A DNA stretch of 64,000 nucleotides from a candidate division WOR-3 bacterium (GTDB lineage: Bacteria > Hydrothermota > Hydrothermia > WGAB01), in NCBI GenBank assembly GCA_015490555.1, contig WFXO01000061.1, positions 7,221 through 71,220 of the forward strand. The letters run 5' to 3'. A program made the translations under genes and the position numbers. The notes under the pieces were generated by a model. That model ran no database searches and was not told the origin of the DNA. It saw only the letters and a list, made by a program, of their open reading frames with translations. Shown here in pieces: positions 54,701 through 62,477 of the stretch; the stretch's first letter is position 1, and each line of letters starts with the position of its first letter.

Positions 54701-55888
54701 CGAGAGATCACAAAAGAGAAGGAACTACAAATGAAATCGGCTTTACAGGATCGGTTAGCCACAGTGGGACAACTGGCCGCAGGTATTGCGCATGACTTCA
54801 ACAACATCCTGACGGTCATCATTGGGACGACAGAACTTTTGTTGACGAGGCGTGCCCTGACGGACGAGGTTCGTTCCCAGATGAAGATCGTTTTGGAGCA
54901 AGGGCAACAGGCCGCGGCACTGATCCGACAAATTTTAGATTTCAGCCGCCAGAGTCGGCCGAAGTTCCAGCCGTTGATGCTGGAACCTTTCCTGAAGGAA
55001 GCAGTGAAATTTCTTCGCAGGACGCTCCCAGAGTCCATACACATCCACCTGGAAACGGAGCCGGGACGCCATCTCATTGAAGGGGACCCCTCTCAAATCC
55101 AACAAATCCTAACGAATCTTGCTGTGAACGCGCGAGATGCCATGCCTACGGGAGGGGAGTTGACGCTCCGTCTTCGCAGCCTTACCGTGGACGAGGGAGA
55201 AACCCCACCCGTGCCTGGCATGGAGCCTGGTCCTTGGGTTGTCTTAGAAGTCTCGGATACGGGGTGTGGAATCCCACCGGAGGTGCTACCGAGAATCTTT
55301 GATCCGTTTTTCACTACAAAACCGCGTGGGGCTGGGACTGGGTTAGGATTGGCGCAAGTCTATGGGTTAGTCACGCAACATCGGGGCTTCATCGACGTAG
55401 AGAGTGAGGTCGGCAAAGGTACCACGTTTCGATTGTATTTCCCTGTTTTAGAGGAGAAGCCCCTCAAAAATCAGCGCCCTTCTTCGAAACCCTCCAGAAT
55501 TGGGCATGGAGAAACCGTCTTGCTGGTCGAAGATCATGATGTGGTTCGGCAAACCGTGGAGGCCCTTCTCCAACAATTGGGGTTCCGTGTGATTTCTTGT
55601 ACTTGTGGGGCAGAAGCCGTTGAAGTCTTTCGAAAACAACACCACGACATTGCATTGGTCCTCACCGATATGGTGATGGAAACCATGTCCGGAGAGGAAC
55701 TATTCCACACCCTCCGAAAGATGGATCCTCAGGTTAAAGTGGTAATCATGTCGGGATATCCTCTCCATGCTGAAAAGAAGACCCTCCAACAAGAGGGGCT
55801 TGCAGGGTGGATCCAGAAACCCATCAGTGCCGGGGAGTTGGCATCGCTTCTGGCAAGGATCCTCTCTTCCCAGGAACCGCCGAGTTAG
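51791..55888 (+). CDS. Multi-GAF/PAS hybrid sensor histidine kinase with C-terminal receiver domain
   Basis: 1365 aa. Two TM helices flank a ~150-aa periplasmic region. Several GAF-like repeats. HisKA H-box AAGIAHDFNNILTVI. HATPase N/G boxes NLAVNARDAM and GTGLGLA. REC domain VLLVEDHDVVR...LTDMVM...K. Confidence 0.92.
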   Translation: MQQSVHRSLLLQTFILFALLSLVGGVTYRLMSRGTRLLKDYHRTCTAFDQLTELELELTQLQKDLSQFWIQPLHPKELRPRILQIQTLGDRLRSLGLLGEDWDAFRTTLTAQFDKFSKVPVENRAQQNQVAAQLIRVLQDFEPSIEVNRQALQSHLSVLRRQTEQFPSRVRPWFLVSVLLTFLVLVVVVYRYTEVLLQAYQRHEEEMRQHLDREQQLRALASTLSGITDLESLMSELLPNAVKLVHADAGTVAVYDRERGAIFYPYHYNLPESLKQVVVPKDAGLAGEVLRTGQIHVLDDYRQHPSALAPWIEAVVRATIALPLAVEGELEGVLGFFRLHREDPFSQEEVETARVVADIAAVALHRAKLHLKEQKRASQLAVVSDIAQHISHLYDEALILQEAADALFRAFHFYDVILFTYDPENQEIWIRGRAGWGVRPSAQLRWPLSRTGIIQWVIEQRKPLCVNDVTRDPRYKPFMPKTRSEVCVPILEEDRVIGGMNIESERPYAFDEADISTLTALAAEIGIALKNARLISSLERRLDELSALYQVGRAAASTLHLDELMEVIYQEVTRVFHADAFFIALYDSDREELEYRIRVDQGLREPPTRRPLDRGLTATIVRTKKPIVISDFQKEKDQFPEVQYWGTMEAPDSWIGVPLLRGEEVLGVMSLQAYRPHAYGETEQKILMALADTLALAIHNARLFEETRRQAQMVSALHHVLRYAAQETSLEDLLESTLTEMAKILHVPYGAIWVGETRVTLGIPDAWVQEVCSQFQDYRFPLDRTVAISRRSLQREQMDPSVASLLESWGIEALVLAPIRMRGQQIGSIAFLSESPRYWTEEEVEFVTSVGQQLGDVLDRQRLMIQIQEQARHLQSVLTNVQEGILLMDPQNRVILTNPLAEEYLDILAAEIRQGALLKIAGRDIEEFREPHPEVGYHEVEVSHPHPRVFAIQMSPVLEEDAIRGWVMVIREITKEKELQMKSALQDRLATVGQLAAGIAHDFNNILTVIIGTTELLLTRRALTDEVRSQMKIVLEQGQQAAALIRQILDFSRQSRPKFQPLMLEPFLKEAVKFLRRTLPESIHIHLETEPGRHLIEGDPSQIQQILTNLAVNARDAMPTGGELTLRLRSLTVDEGETPPVPGMEPGPWVVLEVSDTGCGIPPEVLPRIFDPFFTTKPRGAGTGLGLAQVYGLVTQHRGFIDVESEVGKGTTFRLYFPVLEEKPLKNQRPSSKPSRIGHGETVLLVEDHDVVRQTVEALLQQLGFRVISCTCGAEAVEVFRKQHHDIALVLTDMVMETMSGEELFHTLRKMDPQVKVVIMSGYPLHAEKKTLQQEGLAGWIQKPISAGELASLLARILSSQEPPS

Positions 55889-57156
55889 TTGGAAGGCTTC
55901 GGAATCAAAAAGCCATAGGTGATGTCGTGGAGATATTTTCGCAATGCTTTCTGGACTTGGGAAGGGGTCAGTTGGTCTAAGGCCATGGGAAGACGATAAA
56001 ACTGTTCTGCGCCAAATCCCAGATATTCAAACATCAAGAGATTGCTCACCAAGCCGGCCGTGGATTCTTGTCTGAGAAACGTTCGGGTTTGCCACAGATT
56101 TTTCGCGCGCTTTAAATCCTCTTCCAGGATCGGGCCCGTCAGGATGTGGTCCAGTTCCCGTTTCAAGAGTTGAAAGGCTTCTTGCGGTTGGGCTGAGGAG
56201 AAATAGAGGTAGCCGTAGTTTGCTCGGCGTGCCGAAAGCCCGGCACCCGTAGCATAGGTGAGCCCGTACTGCGTTCGAAGTGTATCCCAAAGTCTGTCGT
56301 CTAACACCGACAGCCCGAGAAGGGTTGCCGGATACTCAGGGTCTCGGAACGAGGGACCGGGAAACTTCCCCGCCAGGTATGCCGTTTGGAGCGGAAGGGT
56401 ATCCGTGACCAACGTATCCCGGAAATCAAGGGGAGGAACCTTCGGCACAGGGTATGGAGCCTGGGGTATCTCACCAAACGTCTGGTTTAACCATCGGAGA
56501 ACGGAGTCTCGTTGATAGTGTCCGGCCACCGCGATGATAAACGCCCCGCTTTTCAGGAGAGACTTCCAGTAATTTTGGACGTCCGTCAACGTGAGACGTT
56601 CCAGGCTCTGGACCGTTCCATCCGGTCGGGTCCGATAAGGGTGATTCCTGTAAAAGAGGGTATTGACGAGATCCCACACTCGATCATCCGGGTTTACTTC
56701 TCGACGGCGTGCGGCCATCAACATTTGACGTCGGTATTTTTCAAAGGCTTTTTCGTTGAATTGGGGGTGAAGAAATGCATCACCTGCCATGCGAATTGCG
56801 TCCCCGAGGTATTGATCCAATGCATGGATGGTCATGATGGAGAAGTCATTCTGTGTGTTCACCCGGAGGTCAATCCCCAAGGTCGCGAGTTTTTGTTCAA
56901 ACTGTGGGTATCCCAAGGATTCGGAGCCAGCCAGTACGGTCCGAAGGGTTAACAATTCGAGGCCGGCCTGACTCGTGTCGAGTTTCGCCACGCCCCCTTT
57001 GATCAGGATCCCTACACTGGCCGTGGGAACTTCGGGAAGCGCCACAAAAATCACGGGGATTCCATTTTTCAGTGCAAACCGCTCAATCTTCGGCTGCTTG
57101 GCAGGTTGGCAACTCAAAAGACTCAACCCTACAATGCCCAGCGTTCGCCACTTCAT
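55885..57156 (-). CDS. M16 family peptidase-like lipoprotein (no HxxEH; non-catalytic partner)
   Basis: 423 aa. MKWRTLGIVGLSLLSC lipobox. M16 two-domain length. 4-nt overlap with the upstream catalytic partner. Its stop overlaps the histidine kinase stop (convergent). Confidence 0.8.
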   Translation of the reverse strand: MKWRTLGIVGLSLLSCQPAKQPKIERFALKNGIPVIFVALPEVPTASVGILIKGGVAKLDTSQAGLELLTLRTVLAGSESLGYPQFEQKLATLGIDLRVNTQNDFSIMTIHALDQYLGDAIRMAGDAFLHPQFNEKAFEKYRRQMLMAARRREVNPDDRVWDLVNTLFYRNHPYRTRPDGTVQSLERLTLTDVQNYWKSLLKSGAFIIAVAGHYQRDSVLRWLNQTFGEIPQAPYPVPKVPPLDFRDTLVTDTLPLQTAYLAGKFPGPSFRDPEYPATLLGLSVLDDRLWDTLRTQYGLTYATGAGLSARRANYGYLYFSSAQPQEAFQLLKRELDHILTGPILEEDLKRAKNLWQTRTFLRQESTAGLVSNLLMFEYLGFGAEQFYRLPMALDQLTPSQVQKALRKYLHDITYGFLIPKPSN

Positions 57157-58457
57157 CCCTGAACCTCCTCGGGCAATAAAACCCCTTCTACATGTGGCTG
57201 ATTGAGCAAGTATGTCTTGACGAAACGTTGGAGATCCTCAAGGGTCACCTGGCGAACATGGTCTAAGTACGTGCGGTAGTATTCCCAATCAGCGATCGTT
57301 ACCCAGAAGGACAGCGAGATGGCGTACCGGGAAGCGGTTTCTTGCTCTTTATAGTAATCAATCTCCATGGCTTGCTTGGCTTTTTCTAAATCTTCTTCCG
57401 TGAAGAACCCCGGTTGGCTCATTTCTTTGATGAATAGATCCAAGCGTTTCCGAAGAGGCGTGACTTTCTCCGGTGAGGTTTCAAACGAAAAAGAGATCTC
57501 TCCCCCGTATCGTTGCGTGTAATATCCGAAGGAGGCTCGAGAAGCCAGCCCCGAATCCACAAAGACCGATAGGAACCGTGAACCCGGCATGTTCATAATC
57601 GTCCCCAAAACGTCTCCCACATAGGTATCTTCGGTCTGTTTCCCTACGTTGGGTCCCGCATAGAGGTACCGAATGGAGGCCGTTTGAACGGGAAGGTGAA
57701 GGATCACTTCCTTGGTGGTTTGGATATGGGGGACGATAGGTAACTCCGGCCGTTTCCCCGTTTTTCCCCATACACTCCAGAGCGCACGGATGGCCTTTTC
57801 CGCCTGGTCAAAATCGAGGTCCCCTGCAACGATGAGGATGCAGTTCTCAGGGTTATAGAAATCCCGCTGGATCTGAAGTAGGAGGTCCCGGGTTGCACCC
57901 CGGATCGCGGAGGTATCTCCGATGACGTTTTTACGGTAAAAATACTTTCCATAAAAGGCCTCAGAGACTGCGTGGGAAAAGATGTAGTAAGGATTGGAGA
58001 AGTCGCGATGGTATTCGTCTAAAACGACCGTCTTCTCATTTTCCAGTTCCTTTTCATCAAATAACGGATAGAGGATTGCGTCCCGCATGAACTCCAGCCC
58101 CTCGTTGAGGAGGGAAGATGGGAGCGTATAGTGGTATTCCACCCTCTCCGTCGACGTGGAGCCATTAAAAACGATGCCCAATTCCCGAAGGCGTTTCATG
58201 TAGGCGAGTTGTGTGGGATAGGTCTTATTTCCCTTGAAAAGCATGTGTTCGTACAAATGGAAAACCCCATTGGAAACAGGGGTCTCGTACGTGCCACCTG
58301 CGTGAAACGCCGTGACAATGGTGACCAGGGGCGCAATCCGATTCTGTACAAGGATCACTTGAAGGCCATTGTCCAATGTAAAAGTCCGAGTGGGGAGTCC
58401 CGAAGCAATCCCAATCCAGAGTCCTACTGCAATCCCCAGCATAGGGAGTTTTTTCAT
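57153..58457 (-). CDS. M16 family zinc peptidase (catalytic subunit, HxxEH)
   Basis: 434 aa. GVFHLYEHMLFKGN. Confidence 0.9.
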   Translation of the reverse strand: MKKLPMLGIAVGLWIGIASGLPTRTFTLDNGLQVILVQNRIAPLVTIVTAFHAGGTYETPVSNGVFHLYEHMLFKGNKTYPTQLAYMKRLRELGIVFNGSTSTERVEYHYTLPSSLLNEGLEFMRDAILYPLFDEKELENEKTVVLDEYHRDFSNPYYIFSHAVSEAFYGKYFYRKNVIGDTSAIRGATRDLLLQIQRDFYNPENCILIVAGDLDFDQAEKAIRALWSVWGKTGKRPELPIVPHIQTTKEVILHLPVQTASIRYLYAGPNVGKQTEDTYVGDVLGTIMNMPGSRFLSVFVDSGLASRASFGYYTQRYGGEISFSFETSPEKVTPLRKRLDLFIKEMSQPGFFTEEDLEKAKQAMEIDYYKEQETASRYAISLSFWVTIADWEYYRTYLDHVRQVTLEDLQRFVKTYLLNQPHVEGVLLPEEVQG

Positions 58458-58708
58458 GTGTGTGCCTCCTTCGGATGCGTAAGGATCACGGTGGATGAAG
58501 AAGCAATCGCATTTTGCAGTTCTTCAATCAACTTCTCCGGATCCTTCACGTGGTACCGGTCGATGTTTTCCCCAATGGTTCCCCAAAGAGGAGAGCCACA
58601 GGAGATGGCAGGAATGCCGTGCCGAAAGAAAATTTCAACGGTCTGGGGGAACTTCAAAACAACTTCTTCGATGGTGGTATCCCGAGTAATTTTAAATGTA
58701 TCCATCAA
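58454..58708 (-). CDS. DUF1858 domain protein (hybrid-cluster-protein-associated redox disulfide-like domain)
   Basis: 84 aa. ITRDTTIEEVVLKFPQTVEIFFRHGIPAISCGSPLWGTI. Confidence 0.7.
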   Translation of the reverse strand: MMDTFKITRDTTIEEVVLKFPQTVEIFFRHGIPAISCGSPLWGTIGENIDRYHVKDPEKLIEELQNAIASSSTVILTHPKEAHT

Positions 58709-59447
58709 TCACCTCCTTGAGGATTGAAAGGACCCGATCGCGGGCCTCCAGATGAGGCATGTGACCCGACTGTGGGATTGTATAAATTTTATGGCTTGGC
58801 GCCCAACGAGCGGAATCTTGAACATACGAAAATGGTAGAATTTGGTCATGGACTCCGTGTATCCATACAATCTGGGTGCGAAGTTGGGGGGCGAGGGGAC
58901 GAAAGTCAAAATTTTGGACCAACTGGAGGTCCCTCGAGAGGGTCACAGGGTCGGTAAACAAAGGGAGTTCCCTCGATTCTATGCACCGCCGTCGCCAAGA
59001 GGGCCGATAAAAGAGAGCCCGACAAAGGGATTCTTGGTTTTCTGGCGCAGTGGTGGATTGGACGCGGAACCGGAATGCAGAGCCAACCAAAACGATGGCC
59101 CGAGGGGGCCGACCTTCTTGTTGGAGCCGGAGCCCAAACAAGAGAGCGATGGCACCCCCTAACGAATGGCCTACTAAGATTTCCGGAGGAACCCGCTTGG
59201 TCTCTGTGACGGCGAGGTCTTTCCAAAAGGAAAGGACCACCTCGGCGTAGTCGGCCAGGGTTGTGATGGGAAAGGCATCACTTCGGCCATGACCTGGCAG
59301 GTCTAAGGCCAGTCCCCTGGCCTGGTGTCTCAGCCCACGGAGATACGAAAGCCAGACACCGTGGTATCCTCCTGCACCGTGGAAGAACCAGACTCCAGGG
59401 CCTTGCTCTCCCTGGGTCACGTAAAAAATGCCACGGTGTTTGGGCAT
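58692..59447 (-). CDS. Alpha/beta-fold hydrolase
   Basis: 251 aa. VWFFHGAGG, nucleophile elbow GHSLGG, C-terminal SGHMPHLE. Confidence 0.85.
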   Translation of the reverse strand: MPKHRGIFYVTQGEQGPGVWFFHGAGGYHGVWLSYLRGLRHQARGLALDLPGHGRSDAFPITTLADYAEVVLSFWKDLAVTETKRVPPEILVGHSLGGAIALLFGLRLQQEGRPPRAIVLVGSAFRFRVQSTTAPENQESLCRALFYRPSWRRRCIESRELPLFTDPVTLSRDLQLVQNFDFRPLAPQLRTQIVWIHGVHDQILPFSYVQDSARWAPSHKIYTIPQSGHMPHLEARDRVLSILKEVIDGYI

Positions 59448-59902
59448 CAGAGTTCGACCGGTTCTTTCCCCTCGATGTGGCGGATGTATTCCTTATACAT
59501 GCACCGATCTTCTACGTATTCCAAGCCGGCCTCTTCTGCCAATCTCCGGCTCTCCGGATGCCGAATCCCCTCTTGGAGCCATACGGCTTTGACGTCCCCT
59601 ACCCGCTTTTTTCGTTCCACAACTTGTCGGACAATTTCCGGTGTCTCCTCAGAGGGACGGAAGATTTCTACGACCTCGATTTTGACATCCTCCGGGATCT
59701 CCTCTATGGAAGGGTAGGCCTTCCGACCGAGGTCATGATCGATCCGTGGGTTCACCGGGATGATCTCATACCCGCGGGAAAGAAGGAATTTGGGGACTTT
59801 TCGAGCCGGTTTTTCCGGACTACGAGAAAACCCGACCACGGCGATTCGTTTGTAATTTCTCAAGATTTTTTCTGCGATTTGATCCATGTTTTGCATCGTC
59901 AT
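59447..59902 (-). CDS. CoA-binding domain protein (YccU/YneT-like)
   Basis: 151 aa. YKRIAVVGFSRSPEKPARKVPKFLLSRGYEIIPVNP. An alternative start ATG 59896 is better spaced from AAGGAGG. Confidence 0.85.
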   Translation of the reverse strand: MTMQNMDQIAEKILRNYKRIAVVGFSRSPEKPARKVPKFLLSRGYEIIPVNPRIDHDLGRKAYPSIEEIPEDVKIEVVEIFRPSEETPEIVRQVVERKKRVGDVKAVWLQEGIRHPESRRLAEEAGLEYVEDRCMYKEYIRHIEGKEPVEL

Positions 59903-59940
59903 ACCTCCTTGCTTTGAAATTATGCAAATTTTATAGCCTT

Positions 59941-59968
59941 TTCACAAATTTTCGCCTGGGGTTATACT
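59941..59968 (+). promoter_or_regulatory. Promoter TTCACA-16-TATACT, -10 ends 6 nt before ATG 59975 (leaderless-type)
   Basis: TTCACA 59941-59946, TATACT 59963-59968, then ttgcgcATG. Confidence 0.5.
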
Positions 59969-59974
59969 TTGCGC

Positions 59975-60967
59975 ATGCTTCAGACCTGGATCCTTGGACG
60001 AAAACGTTTAGAACTTCGAGAAGTTCCTGTTCCGAAACCAGAACCGGGAGAGGTGGTAATTCGCGTAGAAGCCGCAACAACCTGTGGTACAGATCTCAAA
60101 CTCTATCGTCGCGGACACCACCCGAAGATCCCGATCCCGGGACCATTTGGTCATGAATATACCGGTACGGTGGTGGACATAGGGGAAGGTGTGGAACTGT
60201 TTAAACCAGGGGATCCAGTAATAGGCGTCAACACGGGGCCCTGCCAGGCCTGCTCGTTTTGCCGACGTGGCCTGTGGAACCATTGTGAGACTTTATTTGA
60301 CGAGATGGTGATCGGGACGTATGCAGAGTTTGTCAAAATCCCCGCACGCGTTGTTCAGACCAATCTCCATCTCCGCCCCTCTGGGGTTTCCCCTATTGTG
60401 GCCCCGATGGTCGAACCTTTGGCGTCTGTTCTTCACGGAATGCTGCGTCTATCCCCAAAACCTCATGAACGGGGAATGGTCATCGGAAGCGGAACCTTAG
60501 GGATCTTATTCAGTCTGCTTCTCCAGAACCTCGGTGTCGAAGTGGTGTTAGTTGGCCGCAATCCAAGGAAGAACCGATGGGCCCAAGAGATCGGAGTCCA
60601 GCAAGTGATCGAGACTCCTCCGAAAAATTCTGAGTTTGATTTTGTGATTGAATGTACAGGGAATCCAGAGGTGTGGAGCAGGGCGCTCTCCTGGACCCGT
60701 CCGGGAGGTCGTGTGTTGCTTTTCGGGGGATTGCCCAAGAATGTTCAAATCCCCTGGGATGCTCACGATCTTCATTATGGGGAGCGTGTGTTGATCGGGA
60801 CATTCCACTTTACCCCCCAAGAGGTCCAGCACGCTGTCCATCTCATCGCCTCTCAGAATCTGCCTTTTGAACGGCTGATCACGCGGACCTATCCCTTAAC
60901 TCGTGTCGTGGAAGCCTTCGAGGCTCTGGATCGAGGGGAAGGCTTAAAATTTGTCATACAGCCATGA
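59975..60967 (+). CDS. Zinc-dependent medium-chain alcohol/polyol dehydrogenase
   Basis: CGTDL, GHEYTGTVVDIGEGV, structural-zinc cysteines CQACSFCRRGLWNHC, GSGTLG Rossmann. Start taken at ATG 59975; the track start is TTG 59969. Confidence 0.88.
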   Translation: MLQTWILGRKRLELREVPVPKPEPGEVVIRVEAATTCGTDLKLYRRGHHPKIPIPGPFGHEYTGTVVDIGEGVELFKPGDPVIGVNTGPCQACSFCRRGLWNHCETLFDEMVIGTYAEFVKIPARVVQTNLHLRPSGVSPIVAPMVEPLASVLHGMLRLSPKPHERGMVIGSGTLGILFSLLLQNLGVEVVLVGRNPRKNRWAQEIGVQQVIETPPKNSEFDFVIECTGNPEVWSRALSWTRPGGRVLLFGGLPKNVQIPWDAHDLHYGERVLIGTFHFTPQEVQHAVHLIASQNLPFERLITRTYPLTRVVEAFEALDRGEGLKFVIQP

Positions 60968-61986
60968 AAGTTTTGCGGTATTACGGACCGAATGATTTTC
61001 GAGTTGAATCTGAGCCCATTCCGGAGATTGGACCGGGAGAGATTCTGGTGCGGGTCCGGGCTTCCGGGGTTTGTTCGGGTGAAACGATGGATTGGTACAT
61101 GAAAAAGAAAGCGCCCTTTGTTCCCGGACATGAACCCGCGGGGGAGGTGGTCGATATCGGGCCGGGGGTCACAGAGGTTTCGGTCGGAGACCGAGTCTTT
61201 GCCCATCATCATGTCCCGTGTATGACCTGTCGGGCCTGTCGTGCAGGCCATTTCGTCCAGTGCCCCCTCTGGCCTGAACGACAAATTGAGCCCGGAGCCA
61301 TGGCAGAATACATGCGGGTAAAAGCAAGGGCGGTATCCTTGGACACACTGCGTCTTCCAGATGCCCTCAGTTATGAAGACGGGACACTCATCGAACCTCT
61401 GGCGTGCGTGGTCAAAGCCTTGAAACAGGTTCCCATCCATGTTGAGACGCAGGTGTTGGTCATTGGCCTGGGTTTCATGGGTGTACTCAACGCACTGGTG
61501 GCTCAACACTATGGCGCCCGATTGGTGGCAGGGTTAGATCTCATTGACTGGCGCCTCGAGAAAGCCGTGCAACTGGGGATTTCTCCGGTTTTAAACCCGG
61601 TTCGAGAAGACTTGAAAGAATGGGCATTAGAGATCACCCAAGGGTCCCTTTTTGATGTGGTCATCGTCGGCCCGGGACGCGCGGAGGTCATCCGACAGGC
61701 CACCCAGTTGGTTGCCAGAGGGGGGACTGTTCTTATATTTACCCCGACACCCCCTCAAGAGCCCACTTGCCTGGATTACAATGACTTATATTTTCGGGAG
61801 GTTAGACTTATTCCCAGTTATTCTGCCGGTCCTTACGACACAAGAGAGGCCCTCGCTCTGATTGAGCAAGGGAAAATCCGCGCGAAGGACCTGGTGACTC
61901 ATCGCTTCTCTTTAGAAGAGGCAGGGAAGGCCTATCAAGTGGTCAAAGAAGCCCAAAAATCCCTCAAGGTGGTGGTGGTCCCATGA
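60964..61986 (+). CDS. Zinc-dependent medium-chain alcohol/polyol dehydrogenase (second paralog)
   Basis: 340 aa. CSGETM, GHEPAGEVVDIGPGV, CMTCRACRAGHFVQC, GLGFMG. ATGA overlap with the previous gene. Confidence 0.88.
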   Translation: MKVLRYYGPNDFRVESEPIPEIGPGEILVRVRASGVCSGETMDWYMKKKAPFVPGHEPAGEVVDIGPGVTEVSVGDRVFAHHHVPCMTCRACRAGHFVQCPLWPERQIEPGAMAEYMRVKARAVSLDTLRLPDALSYEDGTLIEPLACVVKALKQVPIHVETQVLVIGLGFMGVLNALVAQHYGARLVAGLDLIDWRLEKAVQLGISPVLNPVREDLKEWALEITQGSLFDVVIVGPGRAEVIRQATQLVARGGTVLIFTPTPPQEPTCLDYNDLYFREVRLIPSYSAGPYDTREALALIEQGKIRAKDLVTHRFSLEEAGKAYQVVKEAQKSLKVVVVP

Positions 61987-62462
61987 GTCGTGTTCATCGT
62001 TTTCGCGATGGAATGTGGGAAGACATTGAGATCCGTCCTTATAAGCCCGATCCGAAGGATCGGTTTCGGAACATCGCGCGCATGGTTCTGGCCGGTGACA
62101 CGTCGGAGGAACAAATTCAGTTCCAGGTGCGTTATTTTGTGATCGAGCCCGGCGGATACTCCAGTCTCGAACGACATCAACATGAACATGTTGTAATCGT
62201 TTTGGAGGGAGAGGGGGAGGTATTACTGGAAGACCAGGTGATTCCGATCCAGCCCTTCGATTTAATTCGGATTGGGCCTTGGACCCTCCACCGGTTTCGG
62301 AACCGATCCTCAACGGAGCGATTTGGTTTTCTCTGTGTGGTCGATCGTATGCGCGACCGTCCACAGATCCCCTCTGCCGAAGAGATTGAAGAGTTAAAGC
62401 GGGATCCAAACCTTCGGGACATAGTCGACCCCGAGGATTCTCCGGGATCGACCGGTGAATAA
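61983..62462 (+). CDS. Cupin domain protein
   Basis: 159 aa. Cupin motifs YFVIEPGGYSSLERHQHEHVVIVLEGEG and IGPWTLHRFRN. ATGA overlap with the upstream gene. Confidence 0.8.
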   Translation: MSRVHRFRDGMWEDIEIRPYKPDPKDRFRNIARMVLAGDTSEEQIQFQVRYFVIEPGGYSSLERHQHEHVVIVLEGEGEVLLEDQVIPIQPFDLIRIGPWTLHRFRNRSSTERFGFLCVVDRMRDRPQIPSAEEIEELKRDPNLRDIVDPEDSPGSTGE

Positions 62463-62477
62463 AACAAGGAGGTTGCC

